A stretch of DNA of 12,197 nt, from contig JBMYOQ010000105.1 in the NCBI GenBank assembly GCA_049599475.1, forward strand, positions 1 through 12,197, in the 5' to 3' direction. The stretch's first letter is position 1; each line of letters opens with the position of its first letter. Shown here one piece after another: positions 1 to 7,262 of the stretch. Both the position numbers and the translations under genes were made by a program. The notes below the pieces were generated by a model that worked only from the letters and a program-made list of their open reading frames with translations, was not told the origin of the DNA and did not search any database. This stretch comes from Opitutales bacterium. GTDB lineage: Bacteria > Verrucomicrobiota > Verrucomicrobiia > Opitutales > JABSRG01.

Positions 1-2
1 GG

Positions 3-49
3 GGTCGTCGGCTTCTACCAAAATAAACGAAAACACTTTTGAGAACCGA
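3..49 (-). repeat. Left copy of a 47-bp inverted repeat bounding the window; includes a truncated GTAG-type REP pointing outward
   Basis: 3..49 GGTCGTCGGCTTCTACCAAAATAAACGAAAACACTTTTGAGAACCGA equals the reverse complement of 12151..12197 at 46/47 positions (mismatch at position 21). Confidence 0.92.
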
Positions 50-103
50 TATAAATGGCTTCAATAAGATCTGGGGGGGCACTGACGACAGGCTGTCTCA
101 ATA

Positions 104-199
104 GGTAGCCCCGGATCACCGAACTGGCATAAGCGCGTCAGCCCAAGCAAGCTAAACGGCCAAGGCCGAGTCATGCCGGCTCGGTGATCCAGCGCTACC
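104..199. repeat. REP doublet (REPIN-like), copy 1
   Basis: GGTAGCCCCGGATCACCGAACTGGC on + and GGTAGCGCTGGATCACCGAGCCGGC on - face each other. The spacer (ATAAGCGCGTCAGCCC...GGCCAAGGCCGAGTCAT) matches the reverse complement of the spacers at 5482..5578 and 11910..11999. Confidence 0.85.
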
Positions 200-318
200 A
201 AAATAGAGCTTTATTCAAACTATTTAGACTACAAGAGGACACTACACCCCAAGTGTATACGAATTTTTTTTGAGAAGCCGTCTAAAACCGATACGCACCC
301 ATTTTGATAGACGGCGTC

Positions 319-409
319 GTAGTCACGGCCCTCCGCTGCCGTGTCACTCGGCAAAGCCGTTCAAGCCAATGTCATAAATGCAGGTGCCTCAACAAAACGA
401 GGCGGCTAC
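319..409. repeat. Diverged REP doublet; the right REP may also act as the 3' hairpin of the desaturase transcript
   Basis: GTAG-T-CACGGC-N8-GCCGTG at 319..343 (+) and GTAG-CC-GCCTC-N8-GAGGC at 409..386 (-). The 91-bp span is similar to the other doublets, and the spacer has weak ACTCGG..AGCCG..TGTC similarity to copy 3. Confidence 0.6.
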
Positions 410-414
410 AACCA

Positions 415-1419
415 TCACTGACTATCCGGCTTCAGTGAAACCTTCCGCTTTTTCTCCTCGTCCCAGAACAAGCAAATGAAGGACCTACGAAAATCTGACC
501 AAGTCAACGGTTCGACCGCAGCCACTTCAGGAATAGCCCGACGTACGGCTTCGAGGCGATAATTTGGGATTTTCATATTCAAATGATGCACATGGTGCAG
601 TCCGATATTCGCAGTAAACCAAGTGAACGGCTGGAAGAACTTGATATAGCTCGAGCCATGGAGCGCAGCGTCTTGAAACTCCCAATCGTCATTCCACTCA
701 AAATAGCTGTGCTCAAAATTGTGCTGTATCCAAAAAAGCAAGCTACCGAGACCTCCCGTTAAGAAATAGGAAGGAAATACGACGAGAAAATAAGTCGCCC
801 AACCCAGCCAATAACAGAGGAGTGCTTGAAGGATGAAGGCTCCGATATGAGTCACCCAAATGCTCCGGATGAGCTCCTCCCGCTTGGGCACCTCCCATTT
901 AAATTTCTCTCTAAATAGAAAAAAGCCCTTATAAGAACGCCGTCTGAACCCAATGCTGTAGATCCCATAGATCATCACACCGATGGTGGATACTTTTGCG
1001 TATGCTAGGTCGACCAGATGGGGGTCTTTCTTCGCCTCTTCAACGGTCGGCGGACTGTTCACCGAATCGACTCCGCGCTTCGAGAGATTGCCCTGATGCA
1101 AGTGATGCCAGCGATGCTCCGAGCGCCAGAGTTCATAGGGGACAGTAGTGATCCAGGCCAAAACATGGCCAACTATATCGTTGGTTCGGCTTCTCAAAAA
1201 TAGATTTTGGTGCCCACAATCATGCTGGAGCACAAACAACCGCATAATCAGCATGCCCGAAAGGAAGAAACATAAGATGTTTACCCAAATGCTATCCGTT
1301 TGATCCACCCACACCCAGAGGCCAAACCACAGCGCCGCTGTCGAGAACACCTGCCATAAGGAAATGATCAAGCTAGGGCGATAGAGCTCCTTGGGAATTC
1401 TGATCTTATTTTCAGGCAT
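415..1419 (-). CDS. Membrane-bound acyl-lipid fatty acid desaturase, Bacillus Des / DesA-like (334 aa)
   Basis: Three His boxes: HDCGH, HRWHH, HHVHH. Family-typical segments GNLSKRG, LFWIQHNFE, ALHGSSY, NIGLHHVHHLNMKIPNYRLE, plus hydrophobic segments. Start placed at ATG 1419 (MPENK); the longer ORF start at 1647 overlaps the FAR gene. Confidence 0.9.
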   Translation of the reverse strand: MPENKIRIPKELYRPSLIISLWQVFSTAALWFGLWVWVDQTDSIWVNILCFFLSGMLIMRLFVLQHDCGHQNLFLRSRTNDIVGHVLAWITTVPYELWRSEHRWHHLHQGNLSKRGVDSVNSPPTVEEAKKDPHLVDLAYAKVSTIGVMIYGIYSIGFRRRSYKGFFLFREKFKWEVPKREELIRSIWVTHIGAFILQALLCYWLGWATYFLVVFPSYFLTGGLGSLLFWIQHNFEHSYFEWNDDWEFQDAALHGSSYIKFFQPFTWFTANIGLHHVHHLNMKIPNYRLEAVRRAIPEVAAVEPLTWSDFRRSFICLFWDEEKKRKVSLKPDSQ

Positions 1420-1567
1420 AATTTCTAAGCTAGATGAATACCGCTCGTGAATACAAGCAAAGGCAACGCCACCACGCCATTTATATCCAGCGTCGATAAG
1501 TTCTATCACGAATTTTGTAGACTGGAATGCGATCCGCGCCATTAACGAGGGGGACTCACTCACCTCC

Positions 1568-3052
1568 ATGTCTGACAATATTTCCATATACCAGAGCTTT
1601 CGCGACAAGCGCGTGTTTCTCACTGGGGCAACAGGCTTTCTTGGCAAAGCAATTGTTGAGCGCCTCCTCGCAGTGGGTGTCGCACAGGTGTATGTCCTGA
1701 TTCGATCTTCGAAACGGCAAACTGTGGACGAGCGATGGCATCAATGCTTCGGCGAAAATCCGCTCTTTGCTGCCTATCAGGAAGATAAAAACTCGGAATT
1801 CGCAGAGCGCGTCGTTCCGCTCGAGGGCGATGTCGGCAAAGAGGGGCTAGGCCTATCACCTGAGACACGTTCGCTACTAGTGAACACGATCGACATCGTA
1901 ATCAACTCTGCAGGCCTCGTAAAATTTCATGCGCCCTTGGATCAAGCCTTAGATGTAAATATTCGGGGAGCCCTCAGAATGCTGGAGCTGGCGCAGGAGG
2001 CCGGCGCAAAATGTATCCATATTTCAACGGCATTCGTAAATAGTCACCGGAAGGGCGCAATCAGCGGCAGCTTCGAGTCTTTTGATAATGCGATCTCAGG
2101 TTCAGCGTATCCATCCGAGCAATCACTTGAGCAAGAAACCGCATTTTTACAGTCCAAAGTCAGCGAACTCGAAAAGACCGATGATGCCAAACGGAAGTCA
2201 CGGCGTCGATTAAACGAGCGGCTGAGCGATGCCGGACGAGAGATCGTTGATCAGCGCGGCTGGCCTAATATCTATACCTACACAAAATTTCTTTCGGAAT
2301 TTAATCTGAGAAAACACCGTAAAGGCTCCCCCCTGGCTATTGTTCGCCCATCAGTTATCTGGGCGGCACGACAATTCCCCTACCCCGGCTGGATCGAGGG
2401 CGCTCGCAATATCGACCACATGATCCTGGCTTATGGGAATGGCGATTTCAACCGATTCCCCGCAAATCGTTTCCACAGTCTGGATGTCATTCCTATCGAT
2501 GATGTAGTGCACGCTGTGCTAGCATCCGCAGCCGGCTTGGACCGCGAGCCCGAGCTCCTAGTTCAAGTCAGCTCCTCGGAAGCAAACCCAATGCAGTTTC
2601 ACCAGCTAGCGCAATCGGCATATCAGTATTTTACTGAGAATCCCGTTCGCAGATCCGACGGCAGCCCGATACCCGTAAAACCATTTGCATTTGCTTCGCA
2701 CTGGTTCTTTCGGATCGCCATGAAACTTCGAGCAGGCCTCTGGAGCGGGACAGAAGGGATCCTTTCACGTTTGCCCGATTCCATAAAACCGAAGGAGCTC
2801 AGTCGCACTGCTGCAGTCGGCAAACGAAACCTCGATCGCGACAAAGAAATTTTCGAGCTATTCTGGGAATTTTGCAGCGGTCTACGTACCTTCAGCGCAA
2901 ATACAGCAATCGATCTCACACAATTGCTGCCCACCAATGAACAAAGGGATTTCAACTTCGACCCCCGCTCGATCGAATGGGATAAATATCTGCGTCAGTG
3001 CCATATCCCTTCTTTGACGAAAGAAGCCGTATCCTTCGAATTTTCGGAATAG
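1568..3052 (+). CDS. Fatty acyl-CoA/ACP reductase (alcohol-forming FAR; extended SDR plus male-sterility C-terminal domain)
   Basis: VFLTGATGFLGK Rossmann motif, INSAGLVKF, HISTAFV, catalytic WPNIYTYTK (YxxxK), IVRPSVI, PYPGWIEG, DVIPID, and C-terminal FNFDPRSIEWDKYL. 494 aa, with architecture like plant, insect and Marinobacter single-unit FARs. Confidence 0.9.
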   Translation: MSDNISIYQSFRDKRVFLTGATGFLGKAIVERLLAVGVAQVYVLIRSSKRQTVDERWHQCFGENPLFAAYQEDKNSEFAERVVPLEGDVGKEGLGLSPETRSLLVNTIDIVINSAGLVKFHAPLDQALDVNIRGALRMLELAQEAGAKCIHISTAFVNSHRKGAISGSFESFDNAISGSAYPSEQSLEQETAFLQSKVSELEKTDDAKRKSRRRLNERLSDAGREIVDQRGWPNIYTYTKFLSEFNLRKHRKGSPLAIVRPSVIWAARQFPYPGWIEGARNIDHMILAYGNGDFNRFPANRFHSLDVIPIDDVVHAVLASAAGLDREPELLVQVSSSEANPMQFHQLAQSAYQYFTENPVRRSDGSPIPVKPFAFASHWFFRIAMKLRAGLWSGTEGILSRLPDSIKPKELSRTAAVGKRNLDRDKEIFELFWEFCSGLRTFSANTAIDLTQLLPTNEQRDFNFDPRSIEWDKYLRQCHIPSLTKEAVSFEFSE

Positions 3053-3067
3053 TTGAAGCAAGTAGAA

Positions 3068-3694
3068 ATGACGTTAAGATTTATATTCGATTTCGATGGA
3101 GTGCTGTGCGATTCAGAGGAGCACGCGTTTGAAGTATTGAATTACTTGGCGCCTATCCACCGCTACCAAGTGGCCGTGGATCGTGAGGAGTTAAGACGCC
3201 TCTCCGCCAGACAAATCATGGATATCTGTGGAGTGCCTCTCTGGAAAGTACCGATCATTTCCTGGCACGCCTGTTTCGTATCACGGAACCGAGGCCCCGA
3301 CATGGAACTATTTCCCGAAGTAGTCACTGTTCTTAAGGAGCTGCTCAAGGAGAATTTCGACATCCACATTGTGACCAGCAACGGTGCCCGCTACGTAAAA
3401 TCGATCATGCAACGCTACGAACTTCCGATTCGTAGACTGATTCCTCATACAAACATGCTCGGAAAGGCACGGCATATAAAGAAACTCATGCGCTCCTTTC
3501 CCGAAAATGATCCCGTAATCTATATCGGCGATCAAGTCGCGGATATAGAGGCTGCTCAGAAAGCTGGCTGCCTTTCGGGAGCTGTTGCGTGGGGCTTTAA
3601 TCATCCCGACCTGCTGAAGACAACGTCCCCAGATCATTTTTTCGAATCTCCCGAGGAATGGCGGGATTTATTTTTCGAGAAATCGGGAAAGTAG
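3068..3694 (+). CDS. HAD-superfamily phosphatase (Gph/PGPase-like)
   Basis: Motif I FDFDGVLCDS, motif II IVTSN, motif III GK, motif IV YIGDQVADIEAA, and AVAWGF. Start is ATG 3068 or TTG 3053 (the latter abuts the FAR stop). Confidence 0.9.
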   Translation: MTLRFIFDFDGVLCDSEEHAFEVLNYLAPIHRYQVAVDREELRRLSARQIMDICGVPLWKVPIISWHACFVSRNRGPDMELFPEVVTVLKELLKENFDIHIVTSNGARYVKSIMQRYELPIRRLIPHTNMLGKARHIKKLMRSFPENDPVIYIGDQVADIEAAQKAGCLSGAVAWGFNHPDLLKTTSPDHFFESPEEWRDLFFEKSGK

Positions 3695-3722
3695 CCGATT
3701 TCTCAAGCAAACATTTATCTCA

Positions 3723-4880
3723 CTATTTCGCCTGCTTCTCAGTCGGCGTATATTTCCAACCTGTATCCGCCCTGTAGACGACATTGCAACCCTTCGCTAT
3801 GCGCCACAGGGCCTGAGGAATGGGCGTCGGGTCAAATTTATAGAGATCCGGGTAAGCATCTCTCAAGGCTGCGGTCGCGCGCCGAGCGTGATAATGCGGT
3901 ATGCGCGAATTGATGTGGTGAGCTACATGCGTGCTGCCAATGTTGTGGTGTAAGAAATTGAGAATGGGTCCATAAGGCCGATCTACCGTGGAAAAAGCGC
4001 CAACAGTCCACGACCATTCACTTTCGTCGAAGTGTGGGACATCGACATCGGTATGCTGTAACCAGGTATACAATATCAGCCAAAAATTTACCACGAGGTA
4101 AGGCCCAACATACAGGGCCAGAACCGGAACAATTGAGCCAGCTGCAACCGCCCACCATACCAGCACACCCAAAAAGCCAATTACGCCCAGATCCGAAATC
4201 CACATTTTGGTATGCATGCGACGTGGAAACAGCGAGGTCGCGAATGGCTTCAACGGCCAGAAATGATTGGTGATTCCACGCTTCGGGCCTCCACTCAATC
4301 CGACAAGCAGATATAGGGGCCATCCAATCAAGAATTTACTGAGCATGCTGAAGATCGCGAAGGCGTCGTCACCCAGAAATTTCTCAAAGTCGCTCATTGC
4401 CTTGCCAGCCTTGGTGGTCTGACGGAGCGGCACAAAAGTCTCACCCTCATCGAGGTGATTCGTCTTAGAATGGTGCACGGCATGACTCCGTTGCCAGGAA
4501 TAGTAGGGTACCAGCAGAGCCGAATGCAGGACAAAGCCCACGGTATCTTGAACCCATTTTTGTCGAGCAAATGCACCATGCCCACATTCATGAGCAATTA
4601 CCCAGCAACCCGTAGCGACGGTGCCTGTGATAATCGCATAAGCGATCCAAACAGGCAGCCAAGCCCAGGTCATTGGAATGAAAAGATATCCGACACCCCC
4701 GAGGCCCAGCGTAAGCCCGACCGAGATAAACAAATAAATCGAGGATCTCAGAAGACTGATATTGAAGCAGTCTTTGGGTATTCTGGAAATTACCTCACGT
4801 TGCGGAGGCACAGGAATTTTGGCGGCCCGAGCCCTTCGGACATTCTCACTTTGGGCAATCTCTGGATTCAAATCAGACAC
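3723..4880 (-). CDS. FAD2-like omega-6 / Delta-12 fatty acid desaturase
   Basis: WVIAHECGHGAF, LLVPYYSWQRSHAVHH, TWLQHTD, STVDRPYG, HHNIGSTHVAHH..SRIPHYHA; N-terminal IPKDCF..SLLRS. GTG start, 385 aa. Confidence 0.92.
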   Translation of the reverse strand: MSDLNPEIAQSENVRRARAAKIPVPPQREVISRIPKDCFNISLLRSSIYLFISVGLTLGLGGVGYLFIPMTWAWLPVWIAYAIITGTVATGCWVIAHECGHGAFARQKWVQDTVGFVLHSALLVPYYSWQRSHAVHHSKTNHLDEGETFVPLRQTTKAGKAMSDFEKFLGDDAFAIFSMLSKFLIGWPLYLLVGLSGGPKRGITNHFWPLKPFATSLFPRRMHTKMWISDLGVIGFLGVLVWWAVAAGSIVPVLALYVGPYLVVNFWLILYTWLQHTDVDVPHFDESEWSWTVGAFSTVDRPYGPILNFLHHNIGSTHVAHHINSRIPHYHARRATAALRDAYPDLYKFDPTPIPQALWRIAKGCNVVYRADTGWKYTPTEKQAK

Positions 4881-4944
4881 AGTGTTTTAGAGGAGTATCC
4901 AAAACTTGCTTACCCGAGAGCACCAAGGATCGGGCCCACTTTAA

Positions 4945-5208
4945 TCAGCCCTGCTCTTCTTGAGTTTTGATTATCAAATCAACCGTCGCGGACACTTTGG
5001 AATCTAAGCTATCCACATCGTCGTCATCGAATTCCACGTCGAAGCGATCTTCTGCCTTAGCGATGATGTTTACGATCTCCGCAGAGGGGGCTCCCAAGTC
5101 AGTAATGAAGTCTGTATCTTCGGTAAGACCGTCAACCTTGTCCTGGTTTACAGTATTCACTGTTTTGAGTATTTCTTTAATTTCCTGCAGTACTTCGCTA
5201 CGGTCCAT
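4945..5208 (-). CDS. Acyl carrier protein (atypical attachment motif)
   Basis: 87 aa and very acidic. Fold signature TEDTDFITDLGAPSAEIVNIIAKAEDRFDVEF; the Ser is at the phosphopantetheine position, but the context is GAPSA rather than GxDSL. Confidence 0.88.
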   Translation of the reverse strand: MDRSEVLQEIKEILKTVNTVNQDKVDGLTEDTDFITDLGAPSAEIVNIIAKAEDRFDVEFDDDDVDSLDSKVSATVDLIIKTQEEQG

Positions 5209-5481
5209 GGGTGTCAGTCGATTGAGATTAATTCTTTAATTCGTGGGGCGGGGTGCTTTCTTCGATAGCCATCTGAGCGCTCTTGGAAAGGTCAAAATTT
5301 AAAGCTGCCCTCAGCAGAAACCAAACCACCCCTCGCGACCGGTCACCATAAGGGAAAATTGGATACTCCGACTGGTGTCGGCAACGGGTGTAAATAGAAC
5401 TGCGGGTATTCCTAATGCTGTCTACCCGATCCCGGCTGATACGGAGAGAGTGTCTCAAAAGTCTGGATTAAGGCAACTTCG

Positions 5482-5578
5482 GGTAGTGCCCGTTCACCGC
5501 AACGGGCATAATTCGGCCTTGGCTGCTTGGTTTGCTCGGGCTGACGCGCTCATGCCGGTTCGGTGAACCGGCGCCACC
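5482..5578. repeat. REP doublet (REPIN-like), copy 2
   Basis: GGTAGTGCCCGTTCACCGCAACGGGC (+) and GGTGGCGCCGGTTCACCGAACCGGC (-). The spacer is the inverted homologue of that in 104..199. Confidence 0.85.
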
Positions 5579-5626
5579 ATTTTAAGGCACCTTACAAAAA
5601 TTTCTTTCTTGGTCTCTGCCCGATTC

Positions 5627-5654
5627 TAGACATTGAATTCACGGTGAATGTCTA
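5627..5654. promoter_or_regulatory. Candidate operator palindrome in the divergent ACP / acyltransferase-FAS promoter region
   Basis: Perfect 8-bp arms TAGACATT-N12-AATGTCTA, with an overlapping second dyad ATTCAC-G-GTGAAT (5637..5649), about 125 bp upstream of ATG 5781. Confidence 0.4.
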
Positions 5655-5780
5655 ATTTGCTACCACCCTACTCGAGAAAACAGGCCTCTTGCGCAGCATA
5701 CAGGGATTCGGGAGTGGTCACAGATTTCAAGCCGTGCGGGCTCTGAGTTTATTGCTTTCAGACTTTTTAGGAATTCGGGT

Positions 5781-7202
5781 ATGAACATTCTGCGCAAAAT
5801 GGTTTTCTTCGGGGTCCATCAATTCTGTGGAACGGGTATGCGCACCTTGCAAAATTTACAGCTGCATGGCATAGAAAATCTGCCCCAAAGCGGCCCGTTC
5901 ATTATAGCATCGAATCATTGCAGCCACATGGACACTGCGGTCCACTTCCAGGCTCTGGGTGATCGGAAAGGCGATTTGCGGGTCTTAGCTGCGGAGGACT
6001 ATTTCTTTAAGAATGCACTATCCCGCACCCTGGTAGAGTGGATGTTTAACGGACTTCCAATGGGACGAAAGCGGATCAGCCCGAAATTCCTCAATCACTG
6101 CTCGGAGGAGACTGAGAAAGGGAACATAATCCTCATTTTTCCCGAAGGCACCCGTCAGACCTTTCCAGAGATTGCCTCCATTCGAGGCGCCATGGGGATG
6201 CTCGCCGCCCAATGTGGCGTACCCATCGTGCCCGCACGCATATTCGGAAGCCATCGAGCTATGCCCAAAGGGCGCCTACGCATTCATTGCTTTCCGGTAG
6301 AGGCCCATTTTGGCCAGCCCATCATCCCCGACCCGTTGCCTGAAACCGAAGGCACTGAGCGCAAGGCCTACTATGCGCGACTCAATAGCAAAATCGAATC
6401 CCAGCTGAAGGCCTTGAAGCGCCCGAGCAAAGGACGCGCATTGGTGACCGGCGCATCTTCCGGAATCGGAGCCGCTTTGGCAGAGGAATCCGCACAAGCA
6501 GGATACGATCTAATCTTGGTCGGAAGAGATCTCGAGCGACTGGAACAAGTGAAGACTCTGTGCGAATCGCGATATGGCATAACAGCTGACACGGAGCGTA
6601 TCGAATTGTCGGATGCAGAGCAGGTGGACTCCTGGCTGAAGCGCCTTGAATCAGATTCTAAGCAAATCGACATCCTCATCAACAACGCGGGCTTGGGCAA
6701 TGCGGGCACTCTGGACAGCGCAGACCCCACGGATTTAGATACATTGATTCAGGTAAATATCCGAGCGCTCACACTCATGACCCGCGCGGTTTTGCCCAAA
6801 ATGAAACAGCAGGGAAACGGGAAAATATTAAACATCGGCTCCGTTTACGGTGTCGCGCCGGTTCCCAGACAAGCAACCTACGGAGCGTCCAAGGCCTTCG
6901 TTCACTCATTCAGCATAGCTCTCCGCGAGGAATTAAAAGGAACAAGTATCACCGTGACCTCAGCCCTCCCCGGCTCCACCGATACCGGCTTTCACAAGCG
7001 CCTAAATATCAGCCTTAAGCGAAAGACCGGATCCATGTCCGCGGAGACCGTTGCCCGAGGCCTCTGGCGCGCTACCCTCGCTGGTAAAGCGACCTACACA
7101 GTGGGCACGCATAATGTCATTTTTGTGAAATTATCCAAAATACTTCCGTCCACTTGGGTGTCCGCGTTTTTGTCGCGCTACAACGCACATCGCGGCTTAT
7201 GA
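5781..7202 (+). CDS. Fusion of a PlsC/LPLAT-family acyltransferase (N-terminal, about aa 1-215) and a classical SDR oxidoreductase (C-terminal)
   Basis: N-terminal: GIENLPQSGPFIIASNHCSHMD (NHxxxxD), LIFPEGTR, VPIVPARIFG, AMPKG, FGQPI. C-terminal: ALVTGASSGIG, INNAG, NIGS, catalytic YGASK, REELKGT. One uninterrupted 473-aa frame. Confidence 0.9.
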   Translation: MNILRKMVFFGVHQFCGTGMRTLQNLQLHGIENLPQSGPFIIASNHCSHMDTAVHFQALGDRKGDLRVLAAEDYFFKNALSRTLVEWMFNGLPMGRKRISPKFLNHCSEETEKGNIILIFPEGTRQTFPEIASIRGAMGMLAAQCGVPIVPARIFGSHRAMPKGRLRIHCFPVEAHFGQPIIPDPLPETEGTERKAYYARLNSKIESQLKALKRPSKGRALVTGASSGIGAALAEESAQAGYDLILVGRDLERLEQVKTLCESRYGITADTERIELSDAEQVDSWLKRLESDSKQIDILINNAGLGNAGTLDSADPTDLDTLIQVNIRALTLMTRAVLPKMKQQGNGKILNIGSVYGVAPVPRQATYGASKAFVHSFSIALREELKGTSITVTSALPGSTDTGFHKRLNISLKRKTGSMSAETVARGLWRATLAGKATYTVGTHNVIFVKLSKILPSTWVSAFLSRYNAHRGL

Positions 7203-7262
7203 ATTGCTTTGACCCGATTTCTCCACGGCTGCATTGCCGTATCGTCACACCTGTAAAATAGA

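Noticed and set aside
1..414. CRISPR array or integron attC cassette interpretation of the repeats
   Set aside because: There is no regular repeat-spacer periodicity, no cas or intI gene, and no RYYYAAC/GTTRRRY boundaries; the units are GTAG-headed inverted doublets.
1420..1647. 76-aa N-terminal extension of the first desaturase in the ORF track
   Set aside because: It overlaps the FAR start on the opposite strand, removes the divergent promoter space and has no desaturase-like sequence; ATG 1419 gives a typical length.
5228..5566. Small ORFs 5228..5458 (-) and 5375..5566 (+) in the central intergenic region
   Set aside because: Non-ATG starts and no motifs, and the second runs through a REP doublet. 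A small regulatory peptide cannot be strictly excluded.
1568..7202. Complete eukaryote-type ether-lipid pathway
   Set aside because: No FAD-dependent alkyl-DHAP synthase is encoded in the window, so ether-bond formation cannot be asserted; it is kept only as a hypothesis.
7203..7262. Small hairpin ACGGC-N6-GCCGT and a TTGACC hexamer before fabG, as a terminator or internal promoter
   Set aside because: The stem is only 5 bp with no U-tract, and there is no convincing -10 at the right spacing.
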